From: Takakia lepidozioides
Taxonomy: Eukaryota > Plantae > Bryophyta
Assembly: GCA_030704615.1 (NCBI GenBank)
Contig: CM060733.1
Coordinates: 34,038,001-34,102,000, forward strand
DNA length: 64,000 nucleotides
Direction: 5' to 3'
Part shown: one piece after another, positions 25,310-38,621 of the stretch
Position numbering within the stretch: the stretch's first letter is position 1
Layout: every line of letters begins with the position of its first letter
The notes under the pieces: model-generated
The model's input: the letters and a program-made list of their open reading frames with translations, nothing else
What the model was told of the DNA's origin: nothing
The model's database searches: none
Translations under genes and position numbers: made by a program

Positions 25310-25875
25310 ATATCCGCCGGGTCCGGATGACAAATTAGAGAATGATATATCCTGCGGATCCGGATATTAGAATAATTTGCATTTCTAATATCCGCCGGTT
25401 ATGCATAGTGAAAGTTTTTAAAAATCTGCCGGATATAAATAAGTCCGGATATTTAGATTTTAATATCCGGCGGTTATAGAGTAATCCGGATATAAATAAT
25501 CATGAAATATATATATATTTTAAAACAGGGGGATTGTAGCCCTCATTTAACTTTATTGAGATTTACTCGCAATTTTTTTAATTTTTTAATCAATTTAAAT
25601 GATTTAAATGATAATAAAATATTTTTATTTTATTTTATTTTCTTGTATCCGGTTGAGATCCGGCATTTTGGCTACATATCGGGATACAATCCGGTTATTA
25701 AACCTTTTATATCCGGCGGGTAGGATCGTATCCGGATCCTCCATTTTATGTATCCGCCGGATACAAATAATAGCCGGATATCAAATAGTTGCCGGATCCG
25801 GATCCGGATACATTGATATCCAGGTTGATATCCTACTATTGATATCCTGATGACTTTATATCCGCCCAACACTTG
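25310..25875. mobile_element. hAT-like transposon end with dense ATCCGG/CCGGAT subterminal repeats
   Basis: Many ATCCGG/CCGGATA motifs in both orientations in AT-rich DNA, ending ...TATCCGCCCAACACT, which resembles a reverse-complemented CAGTGTT-type TIR. Confidence 0.5.
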
Positions 25876-27959
25876 TCGCAAAGGGTGGGGCCCCCCGTAC
25901 CCAGCGGGGTCAGTCTGCCCAGGTGAGCCGCCCCGGCGCGCCCAAGGGAAGCGAGAGGGGGGAGCAAGCCTGCTGGGCCCACCAAATACCTGAAATATGT
26001 AGATAAATAATTCTAGGGACGACTCAAGGTAGAAAGCTAGTTTAGCGTAGAGCATGAATAGGGTGTCACAGTGCTACATCATCGTCGCCACATTTCGTCA
26101 CCACGTCATCGTATACACATCATCGTCGTCGTCAATTTCTTTGGAACCTGCCCGAAATGCTCGAATGCTCGAAATGTCCGCGTGCTTGAGCACGGAGGGG
26201 TTTCACACACCGTTTCCCGATGTTTACAAGGTTCGTGGGAGAGTCAGCTTGGTCTTAGAAGGCCGTGTTTCAATCTGCTCAACTACACCGTGGTGTTTTT
26301 AGGTTTGTGTTTGCCTCCCACCCACTACAGCACAAGTTCTCAATGTGACTGGTCACCACTTGACCCTTGCCAAGTAATAGAGAAATCCTTTGCACAAAGC
26401 CTATCACAGGTATTGCTTCACTACCACTGCCATTGAACTTGTGTGTCTGTTTGTCCAGGAAACAAAGTGAATTGATAAGCTGTGGAAGAGAGGTGGGGGG
26501 CAATGGATGATGGTTGGAAAGTGGGAAGATTAGATTTTGACTTGTAACCAGAAATGTACAGCTGGTAGTGAATGCAGCAGTGAAGCCCTCCCCAATTGAG
26601 GCAACCAACTTGCGCATGCTGTTGGGTCAAATGCACACCCTACAGGTCAATCCTGTACACCTGTGAGGCTAGACTACAGTCTTGCTTAAATTGCTGAAAC
26701 TTCCAAAGAGATATAAGAGTGAAAAGCCCTACGTATGTTGTGTAGGTGGTAATTATTGGATGGTTCTCATGTTTTCACAAACGAGAAGATTTGTTAGCCA
26801 TGAGGACGGAGTCTGGACAGCAGATCAGGAGAGTGCATCTGTGATGTGCAAATTAGCCTTTCTGATGGATGTCCTTGTCTGGATTGTATTTTTTAATGGA
26901 GTGGCTTCATGGCAGGTTGCAACTTACAATTTGCACACATGAATGAGTTGTAGGAAAATATAGGAATTAGGTTCTAAGTAACTGGAAGGTCTTTTGCCGT
27001 TAAAGAACTAGGACTTAGAAAAAATTCAGAATGTCGACCCGGTGAAAGGGGGGTGGGTTCATGAGCTCACCCCATGGGCCGTACTAGCGGGCCCATAGCC
27101 GCATTGAACTTGCTACTATTAAATAATGAGAGGCTTTATAACCTATATGGCCTCGTTCGTATTGCCCTTGGGACTTGCAATCAAGTCATTGGGAGGTAGG
27201 TAAGTATGGAGTACTTGTACCTCTTGGACCGGAGGCATATGTAGATGAGCTGAGTTGGCAGCCAGCTTGCTTCATGGAGTGAAGGGAGAACCAAGCGCTA
27301 GTTGGACAGATCTGATCCGATTAGTTGCTGTCAATACCCCTTCTTGGTGACAGATCTCAACCACCATCTTGGTTGCTCTGCTCTGGCTGACAGGTAGGTG
27401 GAGTGTTCATGTTGCTTGCCGCAGAGATTCTTCCTTTCACGTTGTCACCTACTGCAAGCTCACACCACCCATGCAGGATCTGCCTATCCTTTAATGCGGA
27501 GTTCTGTGCAGGTTTTCAAGATGAGGCTCCACGCTAAGTTCTATGAAGTATCACTATGTCCCAAACTGAAATTCCAGCAGATTGCTAGATATGATGGATC
27601 AAGCCAAGCCTCTTGCCTCTCTTAATGCACTATCCATTTAAATGATAACCACACTTGAACTAGTTTATATGCTAAGTTGGTAATTGCATGGAAGTAATGC
27701 TACTTTGGCAACTAATTCATGAGATGCATGTGCTCCTGCTGGTCAAACTCTATAAACTGCTCATGCTATTCTCAGGACTTCAACCGGCATACCATGTACA
27801 CACACACACACCCAAGACTAGAGAATTTAAACAAAGGTACAACACCCTCTTGCTTTACTGCCCATGATGAGAACCCAATCAACCTCTTCACTCCCACAAC
27901 GGATGTGCCACTTGGCTCCCGTCATCCGTCCTCTAGCTGTTCTTCATCCATATGAAACA

Positions 27960-29486
27960 TGAAAGACTGGATGGATGCGCATACTTCGTGGGAGTTCAAG
28001 CCGAAAACTGACCGGATTTATTTGTCGAATAATTGAATGGTCCCAGGCGTTGATAATCAAACTTCATCGATAGTCGCGAGGTTTGTATGTCCCGTCGAAA
28101 AAGCCACACACGATCTCCAACCTTGAACTGGGGTTGGAGTTGGGGACGTTGATTTGCATACTCCTTATATTGTTTTTGAGCTTCTGCGAGGTAAAATATA
28201 AACTCCTTGTGAATCATAGCAAGATGAATAACAAGGTTTTCTGCAGCAGGGCTTCCAACAGTCTTCATGTGGAAAAGGTTTGCTCGAAGATGATGACCAT
28301 AATTGGAGAAAAATGGAGTTTGTTTGGTCGAAGAATGTATAGTGTTGTTGTAGGCAAACTCAGCCAATGATAGAAGGTCCGTCCAATTATCTTGGTGATA
28401 ATTTATTGTACAACGAAGATACTGCTCCAAAATCAGGTTTACACGTTGGGTTTGACCATCAGTCTGTGGATGATTAGCTGTAGAGAGGTTGATCTTAGTC
28501 TCCAATATATGAAATAATCCCCTCCAAAAATTTGATATGAACTGTGGTCCTCGATCAGATACGATGTCCTTCAGGAGTCCATGAATACGGTAGATATTAT
28601 TGAGGAAGAGTCTTGTAGTTTCCTCGCCGGTAACCGTCTTATTATATGGAATGAAATGTGTCATCTTTGTAAAACGATCTACAATAACAAGGATTGAATC
28701 GGTGGTCTTGGAAATTGGAAGGTCGGTAATAAAGTCCATAGACACGGACGACCATGGGCCCTTGGGAATGGGTAATGGTTGAAGAGGGCCGTAAGGTCGA
28801 TGTCGTGGTCCCTTCGCTCTATAGCACACGTGTCGCAAGATTTTATAAATTCTTTCATGAGTTTCCACATCTGCGGCCACCAATAGTCCCTGGATATCAA
28901 TTCCATTGTTTTGTTGAAGCCGAAATGTCCTACTGCCGGAAGATCGTGACATGTTTGAAGAATTTGAAGTCGTGTAGGTCTTGGAGGTACTTAGAAAAGT
29001 CTTTTGAAATAAAGTAAGTTATCTTTGAATTCGAAGTCGTTTCGAATTCGAAATCAACGGTAGTGGGTAATGATTTTTTATAGTAACTTTGTTGAGCCCA
29101 CGATAGTCCACACACATGCGTAACGATCCGTAATTCTTTTTCACAAATAAGATAGGTGCTCCCGCAGGTGATTTTGAATGTCGAATGAAATTCTTTGACA
29201 AATTTTCATCAATGTATTCGCGTAAAGCAGCCAGCTCCGTCTGAGATAAATTATAGATTCGGCCGAATGGTGGTTGAGCTCTTTCTTGCAACTCAATTAC
29301 ACAATCATAAGGTCGATGTTCTGGCAACATGTCTGCATTTTTCTTCTCGAAGACGTCCTTGAAATCTTGATATTGAGTGGGTAATGTTGAAGTACCTTGG
29401 TCTGTTGTGGTTTTGATCGGAGTCGCATAAAGTGCAAATGTCGCGTCTTTCTTCGTAGCTCTCATGAAGGCTCTAGATCCAAGAAA
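27960..29486 (-). mobile_element. Internally deleted Ty3/Gypsy (chromovirus/Tf2-like) pol remnant: RT N-terminus fused to integrase
   Basis: [57 protein letters not shown] (RT start) is followed directly by HD..GHFG..YWWPQM..CDTC (H2C2), SVSMDFIT, SDRGPQF, HPQTDGQT, EFAYNN and FKVGDRVWL..LGPF. Confidence 0.9.
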
Positions 29487-29761
29487 ATCAAGACGATCTT
29501 TATAACATAGTTTTTAATTAAAAATATTTCATTGCATATCTGTCAATACAAAAATTCCAAGTATTACGAACAAACTAACAAAAGTACAAAATATTGGAAC
29601 ACAACTTGAATAATGGAATGCTGGAAACTGGATTGGACTGTCAAGGACAAGAATATGACTGAACACAAACAAGAGATCAGACTAGAGGTACAAGAGTAGA
29701 CAAAAAGTCAAGGTCGGCAGGGCCGTATGCACGATGAGTAAATAGGAATCAAGACGATCTT

Positions 29762-30289
29762 TATAACAATGAACAAGAGTACAAGATATTGGAACACGAC
29801 TTGAATACTGGAATGCTGGAAACTGGACTGGAGTACCAGATACTGGAAACTGGGCTAGAGTACTAGGAACTGGATTGGAGTACTGGGAACTAGAAACAAG
29901 AGTAGCTTGAACTGGTGTTGGCAAGACTGAAAAATGTCCAGTCTCGCCTCTTATATATACTGGCTATTAAGAAGTCTCCAAAGAAGCTTCCCCTATAGAG
30001 GTTTCTTGATGGAGAAGTTTCCAAGAGTAAACAAAGGTTTATTGATGAAGAAGCTTCCTTAAACAAAGGAGGTATCTTGATGGAGAAGTTTCCTCCCAAT
30101 GAAGCTTCATGAGCAGTTTCTCAAATTACTCTTGGTAATTTGGTAAACTTCCGGTAACATGATAAGTAATGGTCAATCATGATAGATCATGATAAATCAC
30201 GGTAAGTTGTGATAACTTCCGGTAACATGGTAACATGGTAACTTCTGGTATTTACTCCTGGTAAGTTCTTTTGGGCTATGTCCGTGACA
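29762..30289 (-). mobile_element. Probable 5' LTR of the deleted Gypsy element
   Basis: The minus strand begins TGTCACGG at 30289, has a TATA-like GTATATATAAG at ~29950-29960 and short internal repeats, and lies upstream of the pol remnant. The 3' boundary is uncertain. Confidence 0.4.
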
Positions 30290-30675
30290 GGAATTGCCTC
30301 ACTTCATTACCTTACAAATGGAAAATGCCATCACAATTGAATCAATTCTTCCCTTTGTTTCTTTATTATCTTTACCCGGATCTCTCGGAGGCACTAGTTT
30401 ATCTTTTATTATTTTGTTTCATTATTATCTCTTACCTAGATCTCGGAGGCACGAGTTCCGTGGACAAGGCACTCGTACATAGTTTTACTTGGCTTTATTG
30501 ATTATTATCTTTGGTGTGAAGACACACGCTCTAATCATCCCCTATATATATTTTTGCCCTCATATTATTCACAAAATATGATACGATGAGCCTCATACTA
30601 AACCAAAAAATAGACCATAAATTGATTACCTTAATTAGTTAGTTATATTTTTTGAGTTGAGCATAACAAACTAAA

Positions 30676-30954
30676 ATATATATATATATATATATATATT
30701 CTTCAATATATCCTTTATTTACCCGGCGGGTATAAAAAGGGTAAATCATTTATCCTTACCTGGTCAAAAATATTGGCATTTTATTTTTATTTATAGGATA
30801 AATAAATGGACATATAAATAATTTACCTTTACCCGTATGATAAATAAATGGACATACAAATGATTTACCCTTATCCGGAGGATAAATAAACCTCTGATTT
30901 TTATTTACCTTTATCCGGAGGATAAGCAAAAATCTATTTACCCGCACAACACTG
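30676..30954. mobile_element. Second hAT-like end with TTTATCC/TTTACCC subterminal repeats, preceded by (TA)n
   Basis: Repeated TTTACCC/TTATCCGG/GGATAAATAAA motifs ending ...TTTACCCGCACAACACTG (reverse complement CAGTGTTGTGCGGGTAAA). Confidence 0.45.
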
Positions 30955-32599
30955 GTCCAATCCAACGCAATTGGATTGCTGGAGGTGAAAGTATGAAGAC
31001 TGCAATCTGCCGCAACAAACAACGTCTCACATGGGCTCAGAAGAGCAGGAGTATACATCAAGAGAAATGATAAGAACGAGTAACCCAGGTAGAGAGGCCT
31101 TTACGAGCCTTCTTACTGTGCAACCCTATAGTTGAAACACTTGTGTGACTTCTCACACAAATGAACGCTCTGCAAATCGGAGCCATAGTGTCGCAAGACT
31201 TGAGATCTGGAGTGTCGATGGCCTGAGAGGTGCTATCCCACTTCACAAACTGCAGGAAGTGAAGATTTCTACACCGAATCGGGTTGGAAAATCGTCAAAA
31301 TCGGCAGGCGAAGCAGACCCAAGGTCGGGGGTCTGGTTTTGCGTCCGCACACGGAAGTACAACCTCATTTTATAGAAGGACAAAAGAACCAAGCAGATGT
31401 GTGAAACGGAAAGTGTAGGTGCTACGGCATGGAGACATCATAGTGGGAATGTTGTCATGTCGTTGCAGATCATAAGTTTGCAACAACCCTGGCAAATAGA
31501 GAGCACTAAGAGAAGATCATGAAGGTCAAGAAACAAAAGGTTGATAAGACAAACTTTCCAAACAGCAGGAAAGCTAACAAGAGAGAGCTCGTAAGAAGCG
31601 CCTAAGAGAGATCAAGGTATTCCATAAAGACTATAACGGTGATCCCACAGTTTCCAGGGCATCCAACAGGAAGCTCCAATTGATATTATCAAACGTTAGG
31701 GAGTCATTGGGAACAATTTTTATAAGGTGGCGAAGAAAACCTTGTCTGACGATCACTGGATATTTCTCTAGTACGGTTGGACTAGTAGAGATTGAAATCC
31801 GTGCTCAGCTCAGCTTCACACTGTCTCATTGTGAGGGGTCACGGTTGATTGGACAGAAATGGGATTGACATTGCCGAGCTCACAAATCTCTGAGACAACA
31901 TGTGGTTTTATCTATAGCTTCTCAAAGCAATTGTTGTACATTGTTGATTATAGTGTGACATTCTCATAACGATATTGTCGTCAGCTGCATGACCAGTGCA
32001 TCTTTTTGGATTGCTGGTTCCCGGAGGGATTATATGTGACAGGACAGAGGGCAAGTTATAGCCAATAGTTGCAGGCAGTGTTCAATATTGAAGAGAATTC
32101 TATGCCCTTTCGGTTCTACCGATCTCCTTCTCATTTTACTTGAGGTTGTCTATTTGAGAGCTTTGATGTTTGGATGAAAATTCATTTTGGCATCAACTTA
32201 AGGGATGGCCTGCACTGGTGGGCATCCAGATTCTAAACGAGCTGGCAAAGAAAAACTACAAGTCCCACAGCCCTCTACATTGCAGACCCCATAACCCTAA
32301 TAACCTTTTTGAACTTCTATGTGTTACGTCGTCTAGGGCATGTTGAATAGAGGTGGAAGTCATTTCATCCATCCATCTTCCACCTTGATGGTCAATGTGC
32401 CACGCCATATAGTTGCCCCATATTCCTGTAGGACATCTCACACTCACCTCACACTCCATGACTCATTTCACACTCATGTCAAATGCCCCATACAAATTAT
32501 CTTAGTCAACATCCGTTGACCGTATGGGTGTCATTCGAGTGTGAAATTTGTAACACCATGTGGCTTTTCCTACAATGGTCCAGATCACACATTGCCTCC

Positions 32600-32683
32600 T
32601 CTCACATGGGTGTAAGAGGAGCCGTTCAAAGTGCCTGGTGTGAACTATGGGTGGTGTTGGAAAAACCGGTTTCTCTAGTAGTG
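32600..32683. mobile_element. CACTA (En/Spm) terminal inverted repeat and subterminal region, copy A
   Basis: AAAAACCGGTTTCTCTAGTAGTG ending at 32683 (reverse complement CACTACTAGAGAAACCGGTTTTT), identical to 41767-41789; GTGTAAGAGGAGCCGT subterminal motif. Confidence 0.85.
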
Positions 32684-32690
32684 GATCTAG

Positions 32691-33062
32691 GATATTGAGA
32701 AAGGGTTTTTTGTGCTCGTTCGCCCTCATGACCCAACGACGTGCCCGGTCTGGATGGGAATGGCAATTTCAGATGTCATCCGAGAAAGGGAAGATCCTAA
32801 TTTTAAGAAAGTGAAGGTGGAGTGGTGGAGACCGAAGAAAAGAGTTAACCCCTTAGACTTTGAGAGGTACAGGGATTGTTGGTCAAAAGTTTGGGAGTAC
32901 AACCCGTCAGATCCTGCTCAATGGATCCACATGAACAATGTCGTGTGGACAATGCCGCCACGAAAAAATATGACAAGAAATAGCACCAAGAGAATTACAG
33001 TGGTGGAAGTAGTGAAGGCGCGCGCGAATTTGGAGGTTGCTAACCTTCAGCCAGATACCTGA
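32691..33062 (+). pseudogene. Displaced C-terminal fragment of the DUF7869/Sola-like transposase gene
   Basis: DIEKGFFVLVRPHDPTTCPVWMG...VKVEWWRP...RYRDCW begins just after the CACTA TIR and joins in frame to ...PLNPFK at 41790. Confidence 0.65.
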
Positions 33063-33424
33063 AGGTTTCCTTCTTGCGAACCATTTTCCATCCATGGACT
33101 AAATATTGAGTTATTTCCGGTATTTCATTTTAAGATATAAAAATTTCTTTACGCTTCTTTCCCTTCGTGTTTGCGTTGGGTGATCTTTCTTGTCTTCTTT
33201 TTCTGTCGCAATGAACCTCGAGTGGGCAGTGGACGTTCATCTATTTTCTTTCTGCCGTGTTGGACTCTGCACTGCTGTATATTCTGTTCATCTACATATA
33301 TTCGTGACATGGGGGATTCTGGCTTATAAAACAGACAATGCACCCAAAAAAAAAATGTTGGCACAACCCCTGGATTATTTCTTTTCCAATCCGGTCTAAA
33401 TGTTTTTTTGCAATGTCTCGTTCT

Positions 33425-34580
33425 AGTGAGTGCGAGTCTTCTATATTTGTTTGTCCATTTATACCTTTACCATCACCTCTAAATCCTTACCCTTCGTTAT
33501 ACCCTTCGCTTAACCCTTCCATAGGCTTAAGCCGGACACTTAGTACCCCAAACTATTATTATTATCATATACCAAAAACCTTTGTGTACTCCCATAAATC
33601 CAAACCCTTACCCTGGCCGTAATCCTTATCCTAAGATTTAAGCCTGACACTTACTACCTTAAACCATTACTCTTACCATATACTAAAAACTAGGTTAGTA
33701 TACTACCCTACTTACACTCCAAACCAAATTATTGTACTACCATGTGTGAGTCTTCTATATTTGTTTGTCCCTTTGAACTACCCTAAATCCAGACCCTAAA
33801 TCCTTACCCATTCCTCTACCCTGGCGTTAATCCTTACCCTAAGCTTAAGCCTGACACTTACTACCCTAAACCATTAGTACTCTTACCATATACCAAAAAC
33901 CAGGTTAGTGTACTACCCTACTTACACTCCAAGCCAAGTTATTGTACTATCATGTGTGAGTCTTCTATATTTGTTTGTCCCTTTGAACTACCCTAATCCA
34001 AACCCTAAATCCTTACCCATTACTTTATCCTAGCCTTAATCCTTACCCTAAGCTTAAGCCTGACACTTACTACCCTAAATCATTAGTAATCTTACCATAT
34101 ACCAAAAACCAGGTTAGTGTATTACCCTACTTACACTCCAAACCAAGTTATTGTACTACCATGTGTGAGTCTTCTATATTTGTTTGTCCTTTTGAACTAC
34201 CCTAAATCCAAACCCTAAATCCTTACCCATTCCTTTACCTTGGTCTTAATCCTTACCCTAAGCTTAAGCCTGACACTTACTACCCTAAACCATTAGTACT
34301 CTTACCATATACCAAAAACCAGGTTAGTGTACTACCCTACTTACACTCCAAACCAAGTTATTGTACTACCATGTGTGAGTCTCCATATTTGTTTGTCCCT
34401 TTCTACTCTAAATCCAAACCCTAAACCCTTACCCTTCCCTTTACCTTTCCCTTAATAATCCTTACCCCAAGCTTAAGCGTGACCCTTAGCACCCTAAACC
34501 ATTACTTTTACCTTATACCAAAAACCTTAGTGTAGTACCCTACTTATAATAAACTCCAAACCTTATTGTACTACCATGTT
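33425..34580. repeat. ~210-bp tandem minisatellite (about 5 units) containing degenerate CCCTAAA motifs
   Basis: GTGTGAGTCT(T)CTATATTTGTTTGTCC recurs at ~33744, 33954, 34163 and 34373, with a divergent copy at ~33429; strongly C-rich/G-poor on the + strand. Confidence 0.9.
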
Positions 34581-35944
34581 ACCTCTTGTAAAATTTGTAT
34601 CATTCTCTTAATGTTTTCTTTAATTTTTCAAGTTGGATAACGTATGATAGAATGATTACATGGAAATCAAATTCCCCTTACATTTTTACATTCTACAGAG
34701 GTTTAGAGTCGTCCATATTTGTTTCTCTCTTTCTATCCTAAACCCTTCTCCGAGTCACCACAAACTTGGACCTTATTGCACTTAATATATCTAGTTACAC
34801 CCCAAACCTTATTTTATTGCCCTAGTAGGTCATCTTCCTAATGTTCAAGCTATTTTAATATTTTACTGCCCTTCTCACACCCGAAACATCATTCCAATGG
34901 CATTGTCTATGAATATTGTGCTTGTCAACATGAACATTCAATCAAAATTACTATCAACTTATATCAAGTATGGTAGAGTACTATGAGTCTATCCCATGTT
35001 CGATTCGACACATTTGTTTATCGTGATTGTAACATAATATAATATTACATCATTCGACTTCTCAGTCAACGTTCAATGAATTGTTGAGTTATATTGCAAC
35101 TTCACAAGCACTTCAATGTCAAATGGACATCTTATATGTTACATTTTGAAGCAAGTATGACATCACTTGTAATTTCACAAAGTTCAATCACACATTACTA
35201 TCCAAGATATTATTAACAAATTTTGAATTAATTTTAATTCAAATACATATTAAGTTTGGTCCGGATTTAAGCCAAAAGTCCAGAATTAGTTAAAATAGAG
35301 TTTTGAACCGGAGACCTTCCCTTGATATCTCTCCTACCGAGGCTCCAATCATTGTCCCAGGAATGCTCACTTTGCTATTTTTCACGAATTTCCGACGACC
35401 AACAGTAATTGAAATTTCACATCTCCCACACCGTACGTCCAAAAATCATGAGACCCAGTCTAGACATTGGTAAAACATAAACATAAACCATTGAAATACT
35501 CCATAGTTGTAATCGACTTTGTTAAATCATCCAAAACAACAAGTAAAATGTATGTCTTTTGCATAATTATATCGTTATGAGAAGGTTAAAGATATGTTCA
35601 AAAATGCATCCACATGAAGGATATAATATATTGTCTTTCCAATAGTCCATGACCAATATTTACTTATTTTAATCAATTGATTAAGGCTCTGCCAAATATT
35701 TTGGTTGGATGACAAAAGAAGTGAGAAAAGTAAAATACAATAAGACGATTGGATTCCAACGTCAACATCATCCAATGTCAACATGAGGTCTGATCTTGTT
35801 AGCTAACGTCACAAATGTCGACAGATGGTGCTACACATACGTTACAATTTCTCGTGAACGTGTATACTTGGATAAAGCCAACAAATTGAGAGGTACAGTA
35901 TGCCAAATGCATGAGCATGAAATATAAAGTCAGTGGACTATATG

Positions 35945-36367
35945 TTTGGGCACCTGACGTTGTTATTTTCACGGCAGATCGCGGTGGGCTCATCTTTCTC
36001 GAGTTGAGCCTCACTGCGTCTAGCTATGGCGCCGTAGTGTGGATTCCCCATGGCGTGGGGTGCACTTGGCTCGACTTAATATATGAGTGATGTTTTCATG
36101 TGCAAGTATGTGAGTTTGAGAGAGTTTGTGTGCTTGTATCATTCTTTCTTTATCATTGTGATGAACTAGTGATAGCCTAGTGATGGACTAGTGGCTGCAC
36201 TAGTGGTGGACTAGTGGCAACCTAGTAGTTGGACTAGTGGTTGCACTAGTGGCAGGACTAGCGGTGCACTAGTGGTGAACTAGTGATAGACTAGTGTTTG
36301 GTGTGCACATGTGTTGTGTGGTTTTGGATAGCGATGTAGTCGTGTAGCGATATATATGCGCACGACA
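35945..36367 (+). mobile_element. Solo/partial LTR related to the LTR of the DNMT-Gypsy, with an internal ACTAGTGG repeat tract
   Basis: 25-bp identity of 35987-36011 with the reverse complement of 53097-53121. The end TTTGGATAGCGATGTAGTCGTGTAGCGATATATATGCGCACGACA matches the reverse complement of 52824-52867. The 5' boundary was not found. Confidence 0.75.
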
Positions 36368-36479
36368 ACTGACACACTAGCCCTCTTCATATTCCTTCCA
36401 CCACTCAACCTTACCCACCCACCCATCCTTGAATAAGATGTTTTTGGACAACAGATTTGAAGCCCTATATTTGGCTCAT

Positions 36480-37000
36480 TCAGAGAACCAGCCCCTCGCC
36501 ATGCTAGCTTTGACAATGAAGCCATAGACTTTTTCCCTTTTTCCAGAGCTGCCAGGCTTGCCCTTGATGCTCCCACATTTGGCATACATGTCCACGAGGG
36601 CATTGTTTAGAATCACATCAGGTACAATTCCAGCTTTGACAATGTAACCATGGACCTCTTCCCTTTTCCAGAGCTGCCAGGCTTGCCCTTGATGCTCCCA
36701 CATTTGGCATACATGTCCACGAGGGCATTGTCCAGAATCACATCAGGTATAATTCCAGATTTGACAATGAAACCATGGACCTCTTCCCTTTTCCAGAGCT
36801 GCCAGGCTTGCCCTTGATGCTCCCACATTTGGCATACATGTCTACGAGGGCATTGTCCAGAATCACAATCAGGTACAATTCCAGCTTTGACAATTTTCCA
36901 GAGCTACCAGGCTTGCCCTTGATGCTCCCACATGGCTTGTCCTTCATGCTCCCACATTTGGCATACATGTCCACGAGGGCATTGTCCAGAATCACATCAT
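36480..37000 (-). pseudogene. Tandemly amplified PPR (PLS-class-like) gene fragment, 125-bp period, about 4 copies
   Basis: VHG(Y/F)IVK(A/S)GI.PDVIL(N/D)NALVDMYAKCGSI is repeated; units start at 36551, 36676, 36801 and ~36906 and are out of frame with each other. Confidence 0.85.
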
Positions 37001-38621
37001 GTACAACAGCTCAGTCACTCCCACCCATGCAAAGTACCATGTTGTATCAAGTCTAAACCCTGGAAAAATACATGCAATAGCAGAAACCAACTCTAGACCA
37101 TAGCACAACTGGCCTGGTACCTCCCATGTGGAGCTTGCCTCCGCCTTCTACCATTTCGCCTCGGTGCATTCAAGTTGGCAATGGCCAATTCATCTGCCTC
37201 ACTCAAAGGAACACAAACAGCAGGCTCAGTCATGATGTTATGAGGAATTTCAGGAGGCACCATGCCTACATAAGTGTCTCCCTCACCCAGTGCCACTTCT
37301 GTAATATCATGAACCACTCGTCGGGATCGAGGGTCCTTGTGAAGGACCACCTTCCAGTTCCCTCGTGAACATTTTTCATCCGAGAAAAAAACTTGCTCCA
37401 CCTGACTAGGAATTTGAACTGTTTCTTATAATTTCAAAGTATGCATCTACAAAGGGAAGAGAATCCAGAGAGATGCACCGGGAGTTCCCGTAAGTTAGGA
37501 TCTTGCAAGTTCAGAAGCAGATGACGCTTAGCCCGACCAATGGTTTTCCAGTTCCCACCATGACAGGCATTGCATGGACATAGAATTTTCCGAAGACCCA
37601 GTCTTCTTGCTCGCGCTTCTTCTAGTTTCCAAAGTTTGTCATCGTCATGTTCTGCTTGTGTCCGCCTTTGCAATCGACGGGCAGTAGGAGGGATCATCTT
37701 GGCGAGTGAGCGAGACTTGTCAGAAAATGGAGACCCAAATAGAGTGTCCAGAAGTTACACCAGGGCGCAAGCCTACAACGAGGGAGGTAGAACGAGCAAA
37801 GCGTCAAGCGGAGAAAAAAGCATTCTTCATGTGGCTCAAGATCTACGACATTGCAAAGAGGTCTGAACTTTCGTTTTTTTCATATCCCCTACCTAGCCCT
37901 AGCCATGAGACCGCATTAAAAGCTCCAAACTTGCAGAGATGATATGTTAGGGTTTTGCAGCTGCTGACTTTGTCTTTCTTCTTCTTTGCAGCGTCAAAGA
38001 GAGCTTGAGTCGCCCTAAACGCCTCAATGAGGAAATCCTCAAACACACAGGTCCTCCTCGCCGAAGTCACAGAGTTCAACTCCTGCACTCTGCAATGTCA
38101 CAACGGGAAGAAGAGGTAGAGCAAGAGGAGGAAGCGCAAGTTCAAGCGGAGTTAGAAGCAAAGGAGGCACGAGAGCAAGAACTGCAGCGAGACCAAGATT
38201 ATGCCGCACATGAAGACTTGAATGTGACCAGCTCGGAGTCAGAGATGGAAACGACGAAAGAAGCCCCAGCAAAGACAAAGCGCACAAAGCACCCTGCAAA
38301 CTCCCCAACCCATCAGCAGGTTTGCGATCTGCACCAAAGTTCTATCTCCATGGAATAAGTATAAAAATGCGCAGGTCAAACTTGTAACCATTTATCAGCA
38401 TTGGCTTTGTCAGGTACTTTTGTGCCAGCAAATTCGAACTAGGATACCCTTCAATGGCCCGTTTCACATCTGCCAAACTCTATGCCAGGACGACTCCTAA
38501 CAGCGTGTCTGCATGATGCACTCCCTTATCAGAGCAACTTTGAACAAGTTGGTGTTTTGTTGGTTCTACTTCCTCTGGGCCTCCTTGGGACATAATCAAT
38601 TGCTTTTTTTCTTTACATATT

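Noticed and set aside
25874-26070. Short TG...CA segment as a solo LTR
   Set aside because: No matching TSD and no second copy in the window
33425-34580. True telomere array
   Set aside because: There are no contiguous (CCCTAAA)n runs; the motifs are embedded in a 210-bp unit
36476-36995. Functional PPR gene
   Set aside because: The 125-bp period breaks the frame in every unit
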